DNA from: Planctomycetia bacterium
GTDB lineage: Bacteria > Planctomycetota > Planctomycetia > Gemmatales > HRBIN36
Direction: 5' to 3'
DNA length: 64,000 nucleotides
NCBI GenBank assembly: GCA_016795155.1
Contig: JAEUIE010000005.1
Span: 130,294 to 194,293 of the forward strand
Shown here: positions 10,557-19,631 of the stretch, in pieces
How positions within the stretch are numbered: position 1 is the first letter of the stretch
How the letters are laid out: each line of letters opens with the position of its first letter
The notes under the pieces: generated by a model
Database searches by the model: none
What the model was told of the DNA's origin: nothing
What the model saw: the letters and a program-made list of their open reading frames with translations, nothing else
Program-made: the position numbers and the translations under genes

Positions 10557-11089
10557 CTAACGAATAACCATGCGAGGCACGACAACGACTTTCGGCTTCG
10601 TTGGTGACTTGAAAATCAATGGATAGGATTCCACATAAATGCTGCTGCCATAGGGGCCCTGATTCTTTCCCGTGGCATGGTAATTGCGCCAATCGACGAT
10701 ATGCATGATGCTATTCTTGACACCACCCCACGGATGATTTTCGAGTTGCACCCAAGTGACGTCGCGGCGTTTTCCGAACAGGATAGCATGACACAAGGGA
10801 CCAGCAACCTGATACTGAGTTCCATCCGATTGATGGGAGGATGGGCGGTCAACAGCAGTCCGTAATGCACGCCAGGCGTGATAGCGTTCATGCCCATCAA
10901 CGAGTTCGACGTGTGCCCCCGACATCACATCTCCGAAGAATGACTGAGCTGGCCTGTCGTGCATGATGCTGGCCAGGATGGTGATTTCATCGGGATTGGC
11001 CCGATCAACGAGATTCAGTAATTTTTCATATCCCCACCTGATTTGAGGTAGGCCCTGATCAACCAGATGATGAGTGCTTTGTCATTCAT
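10557..11089 (-). pseudogene. hypothetical protein interrupted by a 1-nt frameshift in an A5 run (or an assembly error)
   Basis: The ATG at 11089 has GGAG upstream and opens MNDKALIIWLIRAYLKSGGDMKNY, which stops at 11016-11018. The -1 frame continues without a stop as ...EKLLNLVDRANPDEITILASIMHDRP... into the 135-aa ORF 10557..10964. The switch point is the T5/A5 run at 11022-11026. Confidence 0.55.
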
Positions 11090-11300
11090 GCTGAGGCTCC
11101 GCGTCTGCCTCTTTATGCGTCGTGTTCCGTCAAAACACGTCAGGGTTAGCAAAAAATTCTAACCATGGGTGCAGCCGAAGCCTGGTTTAAGCTTGGTGAT
11201 TTCGAAGCATCATTGGATAAATCCTTATTCCGATTGACAATGTACGCAGTAAAGCCAATGCTTTTGACAGAGCTATGCTGTTTTCACTGGGGAGTAGCCA

Positions 11301-11831
11301 ATGTCTACGAATGAACCCAATGCGTCGCCTTCTTCCAACAACGTGGTCAACACGGGGAAGAAAATTGTTGATCGGTTGTCCCTGGCAGGGAAACTGATGT
11401 GCGGAGCTACTATCCTTGCGATACTTTCTGCCTTCCTCAGCCTGTTTACGGTCAGCGTGAATGTGGAAAATCCAGTCATGAAAATGGCTGCAGTACATAA
11501 CAGCGGCAGTTCCATGGTAATACAAGACTGGAGAGGGGTGGTGGCAGTCCTGTGCTGCGTGGGTTGTGGAGTTATGACATGGATGTTGCTGAGTGGAACG
11601 GCACCAGCTCAGGCCAGGAACTTCACCATTGCCATGCTGGCTGCGGGGGGCGTAGCGTTACTGATGTGTATTCTGATCTGGGTTGATATCAACCGTGCGT
11701 CTTCCGCCTTTACCGGACTGGGAGCTGAAATGAGAGCTGGTGCAGGAATTGGTGCCTATTTGATACTTTTAGCCAGTCTGGTTTGTCTTGCAGGTTCGGT
11801 ATTACATGCTCGGGATAAGAATCTGTTTTAA
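11301..11831 (+). CDS. hypothetical membrane protein (about 4 TM)
   Basis: 176-codon ORF with four hydrophobic segments. No family motif recognised. Confidence 0.45.
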   Translation: MSTNEPNASPSSNNVVNTGKKIVDRLSLAGKLMCGATILAILSAFLSLFTVSVNVENPVMKMAAVHNSGSSMVIQDWRGVVAVLCCVGCGVMTWMLLSGTAPAQARNFTIAMLAAGGVALLMCILIWVDINRASSAFTGLGAEMRAGAGIGAYLILLASLVCLAGSVLHARDKNLF

Positions 11832-11967
11832 GCTTTACTGCTTGTGCACGATAATCCATTTTTCCCTGCAGGCCATGCTTTGGAGTATGGCCTGTTGTAC
11901 TGTCCCGTCCCCCCCTTTCTCCTATACTAACAGTCGTTTTATCTTCATTCCCCATGATGGGTTTTAT

Positions 11968-14727
11968 ATGAGCGGCTCGACGTTTGCATCCCGGTGGAAC
12001 TTGGATGTCATCGACGAACAATATCAGCGTTGGCAACGAGGCGCCCAGTCGGTGGATAGTCACTGGCAGGCGTTTTTTGAAGGGTTTCAATTGGCCAATG
12101 GCAGGCCGGCAGCAACAGGGGCAGCTCCCGTTGGTTCAGCCGGTCTTTTTGATTTAGTGGATGCTTACCGCTGCTGGGGGCATCTCTCAGCACATCTGAA
12201 TCCGCTTGATCCACCACCTGAAACACATCGCTTCCTGGAACTGGCCCAGTTCGGTTACAGCGAAGCTGATTTTGATCAGTACCTTGAAAACATTCCGTTC
12301 CTGGGTTTGCTAAAAGGCACTCTTGGTGAGCTGGTCGCAGCATTGAAAGAGACCTACTGCGGAACGCTGGGTGTGGAATACATGCACATTCAGGACCCGG
12401 AAATCCGCCGCTGGTTCCAGGACAAGATGGAGCCTCGCCGCAACCGGCCCAACATGCAGCAGGAACAGCAGCTTCGCATCCTCCGCAAGCTCTATTACGC
12501 CGAAATCTTTGAACGCTTCCTGGCAACCACTTACCCAGGCAAGAAACGGTTTGGCCTGGAAGGTTCCGATACGATGATTCCCGTGCTCGATGCCATCATC
12601 GAGAAGTCGAGCGACATGGGCGGCGATGAAATTGTCATTGGTATGCCACACCGTGGCCGGTTGAATGTTCTTTGCAACATCCTCCGGATGCCTTACCACG
12701 GCATGTTCGCTGAGTTTGAAGATATCGTCAACAGCGGCGCTGTAGCTGAAGATGGCGATGTGAAGTACCACCTGGGTTACTCGTACGACCATGAAACGAC
12801 CAAGGGGAACAAGATACATCTGACACTGACGCCTAACCCCAGTCACTTGGAAGCAGTGAACCCGGTAGTGGAAGGACGTGTACGAGCCAAGCAGCGATTA
12901 AAAGGTGATTCAGAACGCAAACGAGTCATCCCCATGCTGATTCATGGTGATGCAGCCTTTGCCGGGCAGGGCATCGTCACCGAAACCCTGGCCATGAGCC
13001 AATTGCAGGGGTTTAAGACGGGTGGAACGATTCACTTGATCGTCAATAATCAGGTTGGGTTTACCACACATCCACGGGATGGTCGTTCTACCACGTACTG
13101 CACCGATGTAGGCAAAATGATTGAAGCTCCGGTGCTGCATGTGAATGCGGAAGACCCGGAAGCGTGTGTCTATGCTGCAGAACTTGCGGTTGAATTCCGG
13201 CAGCGGTTCGCCAAGGACGTGATGATTGATCTGATTGGCTATCGTAAAAACGGTCACAATGAAACGGATGATCCGACTTACACCTTGCCAGTGATGTATG
13301 CGAAGATCAAGGAACACAAACCGATCGCCCATCTTTATGGCGATCAACTGGCCAAGAGTGGCGACTTGTCGAAGCGAACCGTTGCGGAGACTGAAAAGGA
13401 ATTCAACGAGAAACTGAACGAAGACAAACTGGCCTTGCAGAACACCCCCCCAACGACGCGCTACATGCCTGGCTTCGGTGGCCGTTGGGAGAATCTGAAA
13501 CCCAAGGACATGTTCACCGAGGTGGCGACGGCGGTAAGCCATGAAGTCTTTGCTGAGGTGGCCAGGTGCTTGAACACTATTCCTGAAGGCTTTCAGCCTC
13601 ACCGTCTTCTGGGCAAGCAGATTCACGAACGAGCCGAGCAATTTGCCCAGAAGCAGCCCATCTACTGGGGTTTTGCAGAAATGCTGGCGTACGGCACGCT
13701 GCTCAAAGAAGGCCATCGGGTACGTATCACCGGGCAGGATGTCCGCCGGGGTACTTTCACCCATCGTCATGCAGTCTGGTGTGATGCCCGCAACAATGAA
13801 ACATATCTGCCCCTGAACAACATGGAGCCAAACCAGGCTGCGACGATGAGCGTGTACGACAGTTTGCTTTCTGAAGCTGCAGTCGTCGGCTTTGAATATG
13901 GCTTCTCGCTGGATGATCCCACTACGCTGGTAGTGTGGGAGGCACAGTTCGGCGACTTCGTCAACGGCGCTCAGATCATCCTCGATCAGTTTGTCACATC
14001 AAGCGAAAGCAAATGGCGGCGGGCCAGCGGTCTGGTACTGCTATTGCCACACGGCATGGAAGGTCAGGGGCCGGAGCATTCCAGCGCCCGGCTGGAACGC
14101 TTCCTGCAATGTTGTGCCGATAACAATATCCAGGTGTGTCAGCCGACAACACCTGCACAGCACTTCCATATGCTGCGTCGGCAGATGAAACGGGGCTTCC
14201 GCAAACCGCTCGTCGTGATGACACCCAAGTCATTACTGCGTTTATCAGCTGCCACCTCGCCGCACGAAGAATTTACGGAAGGCGGGTTCAGGGAAGTGAT
14301 TGATGATACCAAGGTGAATGCTGCCGAGGTTAAGCGAGTTCTGATCTGTTCAGGTAAAGTCTACTACGACCTGATCAAGGCACGCGAAGATGCCAACCGA
14401 AGTGATATCGCGATTATTCGGCTTGAGCAACTCTATCCGTTCCATGATGCCCTGGTGCAGAAGGTGCTGGGCCGTTATCAGCCTGAACAGTTTGTGTGGG
14501 TGCAGGAAGAGGCGCTCAACAATGGCGCCTGGTTCTTTGTGGAACCACGCCTTCGCGATCTGGGAATCAATGTGGTTTGCTGCAGCCGCGACGCCAGCGC
14601 CAGCCCATCGGTAGGTTCCGAGAAGGTTCATCTGAAGGAACAGAAGGAACTGGTCGATACCGCCATCGAAGGCAAGGTGCCTCACCTGGTGAAAGCATCG
14701 CAACTGGTGTTCAGCAAGCCGAAGTAA
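11968..14727 (+). CDS. sucA: 2-oxoglutarate dehydrogenase E1 component
   Basis: N-terminus MSGSTFASRWNLDVIDEQYQRWQ...SVDSHWQAFF, then GMPHRGRLNVL, HGDAAFAGQG, and the transketolase-like C-terminal half. The start is moved to the ATG at 11968; the ORF-track N-terminal extension looks non-coding. Confidence 0.92.
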   Translation: MSGSTFASRWNLDVIDEQYQRWQRGAQSVDSHWQAFFEGFQLANGRPAATGAAPVGSAGLFDLVDAYRCWGHLSAHLNPLDPPPETHRFLELAQFGYSEADFDQYLENIPFLGLLKGTLGELVAALKETYCGTLGVEYMHIQDPEIRRWFQDKMEPRRNRPNMQQEQQLRILRKLYYAEIFERFLATTYPGKKRFGLEGSDTMIPVLDAIIEKSSDMGGDEIVIGMPHRGRLNVLCNILRMPYHGMFAEFEDIVNSGAVAEDGDVKYHLGYSYDHETTKGNKIHLTLTPNPSHLEAVNPVVEGRVRAKQRLKGDSERKRVIPMLIHGDAAFAGQGIVTETLAMSQLQGFKTGGTIHLIVNNQVGFTTHPRDGRSTTYCTDVGKMIEAPVLHVNAEDPEACVYAAELAVEFRQRFAKDVMIDLIGYRKNGHNETDDPTYTLPVMYAKIKEHKPIAHLYGDQLAKSGDLSKRTVAETEKEFNEKLNEDKLALQNTPPTTRYMPGFGGRWENLKPKDMFTEVATAVSHEVFAEVARCLNTIPEGFQPHRLLGKQIHERAEQFAQKQPIYWGFAEMLAYGTLLKEGHRVRITGQDVRRGTFTHRHAVWCDARNNETYLPLNNMEPNQAATMSVYDSLLSEAAVVGFEYGFSLDDPTTLVVWEAQFGDFVNGAQIILDQFVTSSESKWRRASGLVLLLPHGMEGQGPEHSSARLERFLQCCADNNIQVCQPTTPAQHFHMLRRQMKRGFRKPLVVMTPKSLLRLSAATSPHEEFTEGGFREVIDDTKVNAAEVKRVLICSGKVYYDLIKAREDANRSDIAIIRLEQLYPFHDALVQKVLGRYQPEQFVWVQEEALNNGAWFFVEPRLRDLGINVVCCSRDASASPSVGSEKVHLKEQKELVDTAIEGKVPHLVKASQLVFSKPK

Positions 14728-14756
14728 CACACGAGACACAACTTACAATGATGTGG

Positions 14757-14846
14757 CAGGGTTGTGCATGTACCCATGCACGACCCTGAAGGCTACGAAA
14801 TGGTTGCACAATCTGCAGGGTCATTCGGAGTACCGAATAACCCTGC
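14757..14846. repeat. two 14-bp-stem hairpins sharing CAGGGT...ACCCTG outer stems in the sucA-sucB spacer
   Basis: Hairpin 1 spans 14757-14788 (cagggttgtgcatg tacc catgcacgaccctg). Hairpin 2 spans 14815-14846 (gcagggtcattcgg agta ccgaataaccctgc). Each has one non-Watson-Crick position. Confidence 0.6.
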
Positions 14847-14895
14847 CACAGCTTCATAGAATATCCCTGAGACAAAATTCTGGAGAAGTTTCATC

Positions 14896-16104
14896 ATGCC
14901 TGTTGAGATCAAAGTTCCTCCCGCTGGCGAATCAGTTACGGAAGCTCTGGTTTCCAAGTGGCTGAAAGCTGACGGAGATTATGTGCAGGCAGATGAGAAT
15001 ATTGTTGAACTGGAAACCGATAAAGCGGTGATGGAACTGCCAACCACGCGTGCCGGGCAGCTCAAGATTATTACCCAGCAGGGCAATAAGGTACCTATTG
15101 GAACCGTGCTGGCCACGGTGGATGAAAAGGCAGCAGCGCCGGCCAAGGCGGCACCAGCGAAAACTGCTGCTCCAGTGCCAGTAGCAACCCCCACCAGGGA
15201 AACGGTTGTTGTTCGCGAACCAGTTCTTTCCCCTGCTGCCAAGGTTCATGCTGAAGAAAAGGGAGTTGATCCCAAGGGCATCAAGGGTACAGGCCGTGAT
15301 GGCAGAATCATCAAGGAAGATGTGCTGACAGCCAGCGTGAAACCGGTCGCCAGCACGCAGATTGTCACCGCCAGCGTGCAGGTGCCTGCCGTACAGGGTA
15401 GTGGCGTGCGGGAAACCCGACAGAAAATGTCGATGATCCGCAGCCGCATTGCCCAAAGGCTGGTTGAATCGAAACAGACCACTGCCCAACTGACCACGTT
15501 CAACGAAGTGGATATGTCGGGCATCATGGCATTGCGCAACAAGTTCAAAGATAAGTTCAAGGAAAAGTACGGCGTGGGTTTGGGGTTCATGTCGTTCTTT
15601 GTCAAAGCCGTCATCGAAGGGCTCAAAGCATTTCCGCTGGTCAACGCCCGCATCGATGGCGAAGACATTGTCATCCAGAACTTTTACGATATCGGCATTG
15701 CAGTCAGCACCGAGCGGGGACTGATGGTTCCCGTGGTACGGAATTGCGATCAGCTCAGCTTCGCCCAGATTGAACAACATATTGGCGAGATGGCAGTCAA
15801 AGCCCGTGATGGTAAGATTGCCGTCAGCGACCTGCAGGGTGGCACGTTCACTATTACCAATGGCGGCATCTTCGGTTCGCTGATGTCCACACCGATCTTG
15901 AACCCGCCTCAGTCGGGCATCCTCGGCATGCATGGCATCAAGGATAGGCCGGTGGTGGTGGACGGTCAGATTGTGATCCGTCCGATGATGTATCTCGCTT
16001 TCACCTACGATCATCGGATTATCGATGGCCGGGAATCAGTGCAGTTCCTGGTGCGGGTCAAGGAGTGTCTGGAAGACCCGCAGCGGTTGATGCTGGAGGT
16101 GTAA
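14896..16104 (+). CDS. sucB: dihydrolipoyllysine-residue succinyltransferase (2-oxoglutarate dehydrogenase E2)
   Basis: Lipoyl domain with [12 protein letters not shown], an Ala/Pro linker, a peripheral subunit-binding domain ([27 protein letters not shown]), and a catalytic domain ending in [12 protein letters not shown]. Confidence 0.93.
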   Translation: MPVEIKVPPAGESVTEALVSKWLKADGDYVQADENIVELETDKAVMELPTTRAGQLKIITQQGNKVPIGTVLATVDEKAAAPAKAAPAKTAAPVPVATPTRETVVVREPVLSPAAKVHAEEKGVDPKGIKGTGRDGRIIKEDVLTASVKPVASTQIVTASVQVPAVQGSGVRETRQKMSMIRSRIAQRLVESKQTTAQLTTFNEVDMSGIMALRNKFKDKFKEKYGVGLGFMSFFVKAVIEGLKAFPLVNARIDGEDIVIQNFYDIGIAVSTERGLMVPVVRNCDQLSFAQIEQHIGEMAVKARDGKIAVSDLQGGTFTITNGGIFGSLMSTPILNPPQSGILGMHGIKDRPVVVDGQIVIRPMMYLAFTYDHRIIDGRESVQFLVRVKECLEDPQRLMLEV

Positions 16105-16105
16105 G

Positions 16106-16271
16106 CATTTAGCCCCCGGCACTTTATGCCGGGGGCGGGTTCTTGCGAAGAAGATAAAGTACTCTTGCTGTAAATCAATTAATCAGCCTGCCATTGATTG
16201 AATTCCGTCGAGATTGATGTCGAGTTGTCGCGCGGTCCCGCCCCCGGCTTAAAGAGCCGGGGGCTAAATGG
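16106..16271. repeat. MITE/REP-like unit: two inverted copies of a roughly 35-bp GC-rich hairpin element flanking a 94-bp AT-richer core
   Basis: Copy 1, 16106-16139: catttaGCCCCCGGCActttaTGCCGGGGGCggg. The reverse complement of 16234-16271 reads ccatttaGCCCCCGGCTctttaAGCCGGGGGCgggacc. The asymmetric loop (cttta) and the flanks show inverted orientation. The only stem difference is a compensatory A-T to T-A closing pair. Confidence 0.75.
16112..16136 (+). terminator. possible terminator hairpin after sucB (copy 1 of the element above)
   Basis: 10-bp GC-rich stem with a 5-nt loop, starting 8 nt after the sucB stop. It is followed only by a weak U tract (gggttcttg). Confidence 0.45.
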
Positions 16272-16281
16272 AGCCTTCCGC

Positions 16282-19266
16282 ATGCGTTACTTGATTCTGT
16301 TGTTGTTTCTGGTTAATCAGGGTTTTGCCCAGGATTCGCCGCGTAAATCGACGAACCTCAACAACGAGTGGACATTTCATCGCGATGGTTCCAAAGAAAT
16401 CAAGACCGTCACGTTGCCCACACACTGGGAAACGCATGAGGGGCTGAAGTTTGATGGCATTGGCTGGTATGAGAAGACTATTGAGTTGCCTGAACTGCCG
16501 AAGGGACGAAGATTGCTTCTGCACTTTGATGCGGTGGCGACGCAGGCGACGGTCTATTGGAATGATGTAAAGCTGGGGGAGCACTTGGGAGCGTGGACGC
16601 CGTTTCGGTTTGATGTGACGGAGCATCTGTCCCCCTCTCCCCCCCGGGGAGAAGGGTTAGGGGTGAGGGGTTCTGACTCGAAGCGCAAGCACACGATCAG
16701 GGTGCGTGTCGATGAAAAAGTGGGTCACAACACGCAGGGGTTTTTGCCGATCATTGCTCCGCACTTCGGGGGGATATGGCAGGGGGTGAAATTGATTGAG
16801 ACCGCGGAATATCGATTTGATGATTCCTCATTCAGAAGTTTGATTGACGAGAAGGAGGAAACATTTCATTTTGCTTTAGATATTCTTGGCGCCCCTGCAT
16901 GGGATCAAGAGAAGCCAAGAATGGGGCCGCAGTCCATTCGATTAATGTGGCGAAAGGCAGGTGGATCATGGCTAGATCTTAATCTTGAATCCAGCGGTGG
17001 GAAGGTAGCAAAGCATGGTTTTAACATCAATTACAGTCAGAAGTTGTCGGTTGATCCGCAGGCCTGGGTATCATCTGGGCCTTCATATGAGAAGCATAGT
17101 TTCAGTTGCGAATTCAAAATGGAACAGTTCAAGCAATGGAGTGCAAGTGATCCTTCAGTTTACGAGTTCAAAATCATTCTGAATTCTCAAGGCTCAGTTC
17201 AAATACAGGATGAGTTTCAGTTCACCTATGGCTTCCGCACCATCACTACCAAAGGCGACCAGTTCCTTCTCAACGGCCAACCGCTCTCTATTCGCGGCGT
17301 GCTGAACTGGGGTTACTATCCTCCCACGCTAGCACCGACGCCTACCGAGGAACAATGGCGATCTGACCTCAAGCTCATCAAGAGTTGGGGTTTCAATTTG
17401 ATGAAGTGCTGTCTGTGGGTGCCGCCGAAGAGGCTCTTGGAGATTGCGGATGAAGAAGGGGTGCTCATCTGGCTCGAGTATCCAACCTGGCATCCGAAGT
17501 TGGTGCCACAGTATCAGGCGGAACTGATGCAGGAGTACAAGGAGTTTCATGAACTGGATCGGAACCATCCGTCGGTGATCCTGCGCAGCTTGACGTGCGA
17601 GACGGGGCCGGGAGCGGATATCAAGGTAATCCAAGCCTTGTACGATCAATGCAAGAAGATGTGCGGCGGGCTGGTGGTTGATGATTCAAGCTGGATCGAG
17701 TGGAACCGCGTCTTCGATTTCTACGACGACCATCCCTATGGCAACAACCACACCTGGGTGGCAACGCTGGACCGGCTCAAGAAGTATATTGCCACTTCAA
17801 AGTATGGTGTGAAGCCACTGTGTCTGGGCGAGGCGATTGCCGCCGATACGTGGGTGCCGACCAAGCCGATGCTGGAGGCGATTGCCAAAGCGAAGGCAGA
17901 CCCGAAGCAGGCGTGGAGCATTGATGAGCGAGGCTATCCATTCTGGGTGCCTGGGTTCTTTGATGCAAATCGGAAGTGGTTGGAACGGATGGGGAGGGTT
18001 TGTGGGGGGGAGGTGGATGAAGAAAAATTGTACCAGGATTCATTGAGATATGCCAGGCTGATGCGGAAGTATCAGATGGAAACCTATCGGCGCGAGGTGC
18101 CGAATGGGGGGTATGTGGTGAGCGTGCTGCGGGACTTTCCACTCGCAAGCATGGGATTGATGGATTATCTGGGGCGGCCAAAATGGAAGCAGCAAGAATG
18201 GAGGTGGCATGTGACTGGAATGCCCTCTAACATCGAGGATGCTCGTATGCGAATGTTGTTTGCGAAGGTAGGGGCTGCGCACACTCCAGACAAAATACGA
18301 AGGGTGTCCAAACTTGATGAAACAATATTGGATTATTTAAACGAAGGCGGCAACGTGTTTCTTGAAGCAAATGGTCAATCTGGCAGTTTTCCTACTAGTT
18401 CGCATTGGTTTTTAAGGGGAGGTCCATTTGTTAATCCGCATCATCCTGTCTATCAACGACTGCAGAGTCCTTCGTTTTTTGCCGAATACCAGCATTTTGA
18501 ACTGGCATCAGATGTTATCCCCAACATCCAGTATTTGACGGAGATCGACCCCATCGTTATGCTCTGGGACAACCACGATATTAAAGAAGTCAAAACACAT
18601 GGGTTGATATTTGAAACAGCGGTTGGCCGAGGTAGGCTCATGGTCTGTGCGATTAACCTTGAGGATAATTCTGTACTAGCGAAAAGGTTTTTGAGGAATC
18701 GACTTTATGCCCATCTCATGGATGGTCCGCCGCCTCGCAATGCCCTCAAGCCAGAAACGATTGCACGCATGCGGGCCAAGTTGAATGAGAAGAAGCTCGA
18801 TCTCGTCACCAAGTCCTGGCAGTTCATGCCTGATGGCAGGAACGAAGGGCTGAAGCTGGGCTGGGAGAAGGCTGGTTTTGATGATGCAGCGTGGAAGCAG
18901 ATTAAGATTGGTCAGCATTGGGAAGGGCAGGGGCATAACGCTCTGGATGGCTGGGCGTGGTATCGGCTGACGGTGGATGTGCCTAAGGATTGGGCTGGAG
19001 TGCCGATCTATTTGAATAGTGAAGGTGTTGATGATGCCTACGAAATCTATGTCAACGGAACCAGGATTGGTTCAGCTGGAGATATTCCCAACAAGAAAAC
19101 TGCCTTTGAAGATCGCACGGCTCATGCCATACCGCCGGGGGTACTTAAGCATGGCGAGAAGAATGTAATCGCAGTACGAGTTTATGACTGGTACGGAGCA
19201 GGCGGTATTCATAGGCCGATGTCTTTGGGCAATGTGCCCATCGGTGGTATAGATATTTTAAAGTAA
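16282..19266 (+). CDS. secreted glycoside hydrolase family 2-like protein
   Basis: Signal peptide MRYLILLLFLVNQGFAQD, so the start is placed at 16282. GH2 N-terminal sugar-binding jelly roll (NNEWTFHRDG...GIGWYEKTIELP...LHFDAVATQATVYWNDVKLGEHLGAWTPFRFDVT). TIM-barrel-like centre. A second GH2-type jelly roll at the C-terminus (DGWAWYRLTVDVP...IYLNSEGVDDAYEIYVNG). Confidence 0.75.
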   Translation: MRYLILLLFLVNQGFAQDSPRKSTNLNNEWTFHRDGSKEIKTVTLPTHWETHEGLKFDGIGWYEKTIELPELPKGRRLLLHFDAVATQATVYWNDVKLGEHLGAWTPFRFDVTEHLSPSPPRGEGLGVRGSDSKRKHTIRVRVDEKVGHNTQGFLPIIAPHFGGIWQGVKLIETAEYRFDDSSFRSLIDEKEETFHFALDILGAPAWDQEKPRMGPQSIRLMWRKAGGSWLDLNLESSGGKVAKHGFNINYSQKLSVDPQAWVSSGPSYEKHSFSCEFKMEQFKQWSASDPSVYEFKIILNSQGSVQIQDEFQFTYGFRTITTKGDQFLLNGQPLSIRGVLNWGYYPPTLAPTPTEEQWRSDLKLIKSWGFNLMKCCLWVPPKRLLEIADEEGVLIWLEYPTWHPKLVPQYQAELMQEYKEFHELDRNHPSVILRSLTCETGPGADIKVIQALYDQCKKMCGGLVVDDSSWIEWNRVFDFYDDHPYGNNHTWVATLDRLKKYIATSKYGVKPLCLGEAIAADTWVPTKPMLEAIAKAKADPKQAWSIDERGYPFWVPGFFDANRKWLERMGRVCGGEVDEEKLYQDSLRYARLMRKYQMETYRREVPNGGYVVSVLRDFPLASMGLMDYLGRPKWKQQEWRWHVTGMPSNIEDARMRMLFAKVGAAHTPDKIRRVSKLDETILDYLNEGGNVFLEANGQSGSFPTSSHWFLRGGPFVNPHHPVYQRLQSPSFFAEYQHFELASDVIPNIQYLTEIDPIVMLWDNHDIKEVKTHGLIFETAVGRGRLMVCAINLEDNSVLAKRFLRNRLYAHLMDGPPPRNALKPETIARMRAKLNEKKLDLVTKSWQFMPDGRNEGLKLGWEKAGFDDAAWKQIKIGQHWEGQGHNALDGWAWYRLTVDVPKDWAGVPIYLNSEGVDDAYEIYVNGTRIGSAGDIPNKKTAFEDRTAHAIPPGVLKHGEKNVIAVRVYDWYGAGGIHRPMSLGNVPIGGIDILK
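16630..16670 (+). repeat. GC-rich palindrome plus G-run element embedded in frame in the GH2-like CDS
   Basis: Sequence tCCCCCTCTCCCCCCCGGGGAGAAGGGTTAGGGGTGAGGGG. TCTCCCC/GGGGAGA is a 7-bp inverted repeat. It is followed by five G-runs of 3 or more separated by 3-4 nt. It translates as SPSPPRGEGLGVRG, at a position where GH2 jelly rolls normally have a short loop. Confidence 0.6.
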
Positions 19267-19631
19267 TTTTCTTAACGCGCCTTGGCGTCTTGGCGGTTAG
19301 TATTCTAAATTAAACCGCCAAGTCGCCAAGAAGACGCCAAGAGTACAAAGCAATGGACTTACATGCTTCGCTCGGTCATAAAGAGCAAAGAAACGGGATG
19401 AATATCTTGAAGTAATTTTCTTGGCGTTCCTTGGCGTCTTGGCGGTTAGTATTCTAAATTAAACCGCCAAGTCGCCAAGAAGACGCCAAGAGTACAAAGC
19501 AATGGACTTACATTCTTCGCTCGGTCATAAAGAGCAAAGAAACGGGATGAATGTCTTGAAGTGATTTTCTTGGCGTTCCTTGGCGTCTTGGCGGCTAATA
19601 TTCTGAAGTAAACCGCCAAGAGAACAAAGTC
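19261..19631. repeat. 149-bp tandem repeat, about 2.5 copies, with CTTGGCG/CGCCAAG heptamer arrays and 20-codon mini-ORFs
   Basis: Units start at 19261, 19410 and 19559. Units 1 and 2 are near-identical. Each carries three direct CTTGGCG (19420-26, 19430-36 and 19438-44 in unit 2), an 18-20 nt AT-rich spacer, and three inverted CGCCAAG (19465-71, 19473-79, 19484-90). Mini-ORFs lie at 19353-19415 and 19502-19564. Unit 3 lacks 18 nt of the right arm and runs into the ATG at 19632. Confidence 0.9.

Noticed and set aside
11016-11030. Programmed -1 ribosomal frameshift at the A5 run of the 10557-11089 gene.
   Set aside because: G AAA AAT is not a canonical X XXY YYZ slippery heptamer, and no obvious downstream stimulatory hairpin or pseudoknot was seen. 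A homopolymer indel (mutation or assembly error) explains it better.
14932-16014. 360-aa ORF antisense to sucB. Similar long antisense ORFs occur at 12910-13770 and 12310-12846 (sucA), 21998-22942 (APC permease), 35899-36675 (tricorn), 48259-49020 (DUF1552), 52409-53002 (uppP) and 60552-61295 (beta-lactamase/NamZ).
   Set aside because: Each lies entirely inside a confidently identified gene on the other strand. Their translations are low-complexity and Arg/His/Gly-rich with no motifs. This is the usual shadow-ORF effect in moderately GC-rich DNA.
16198-16281. N-terminal extension of the GH2-like ORF (TTG 16198, MNSVEIDVELSRGPAPGLKSRGLNGAF...).
   Set aside because: This stretch is translated from the MITE/REP-like element. 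A typical signal peptide begins at the ATG at 16282.
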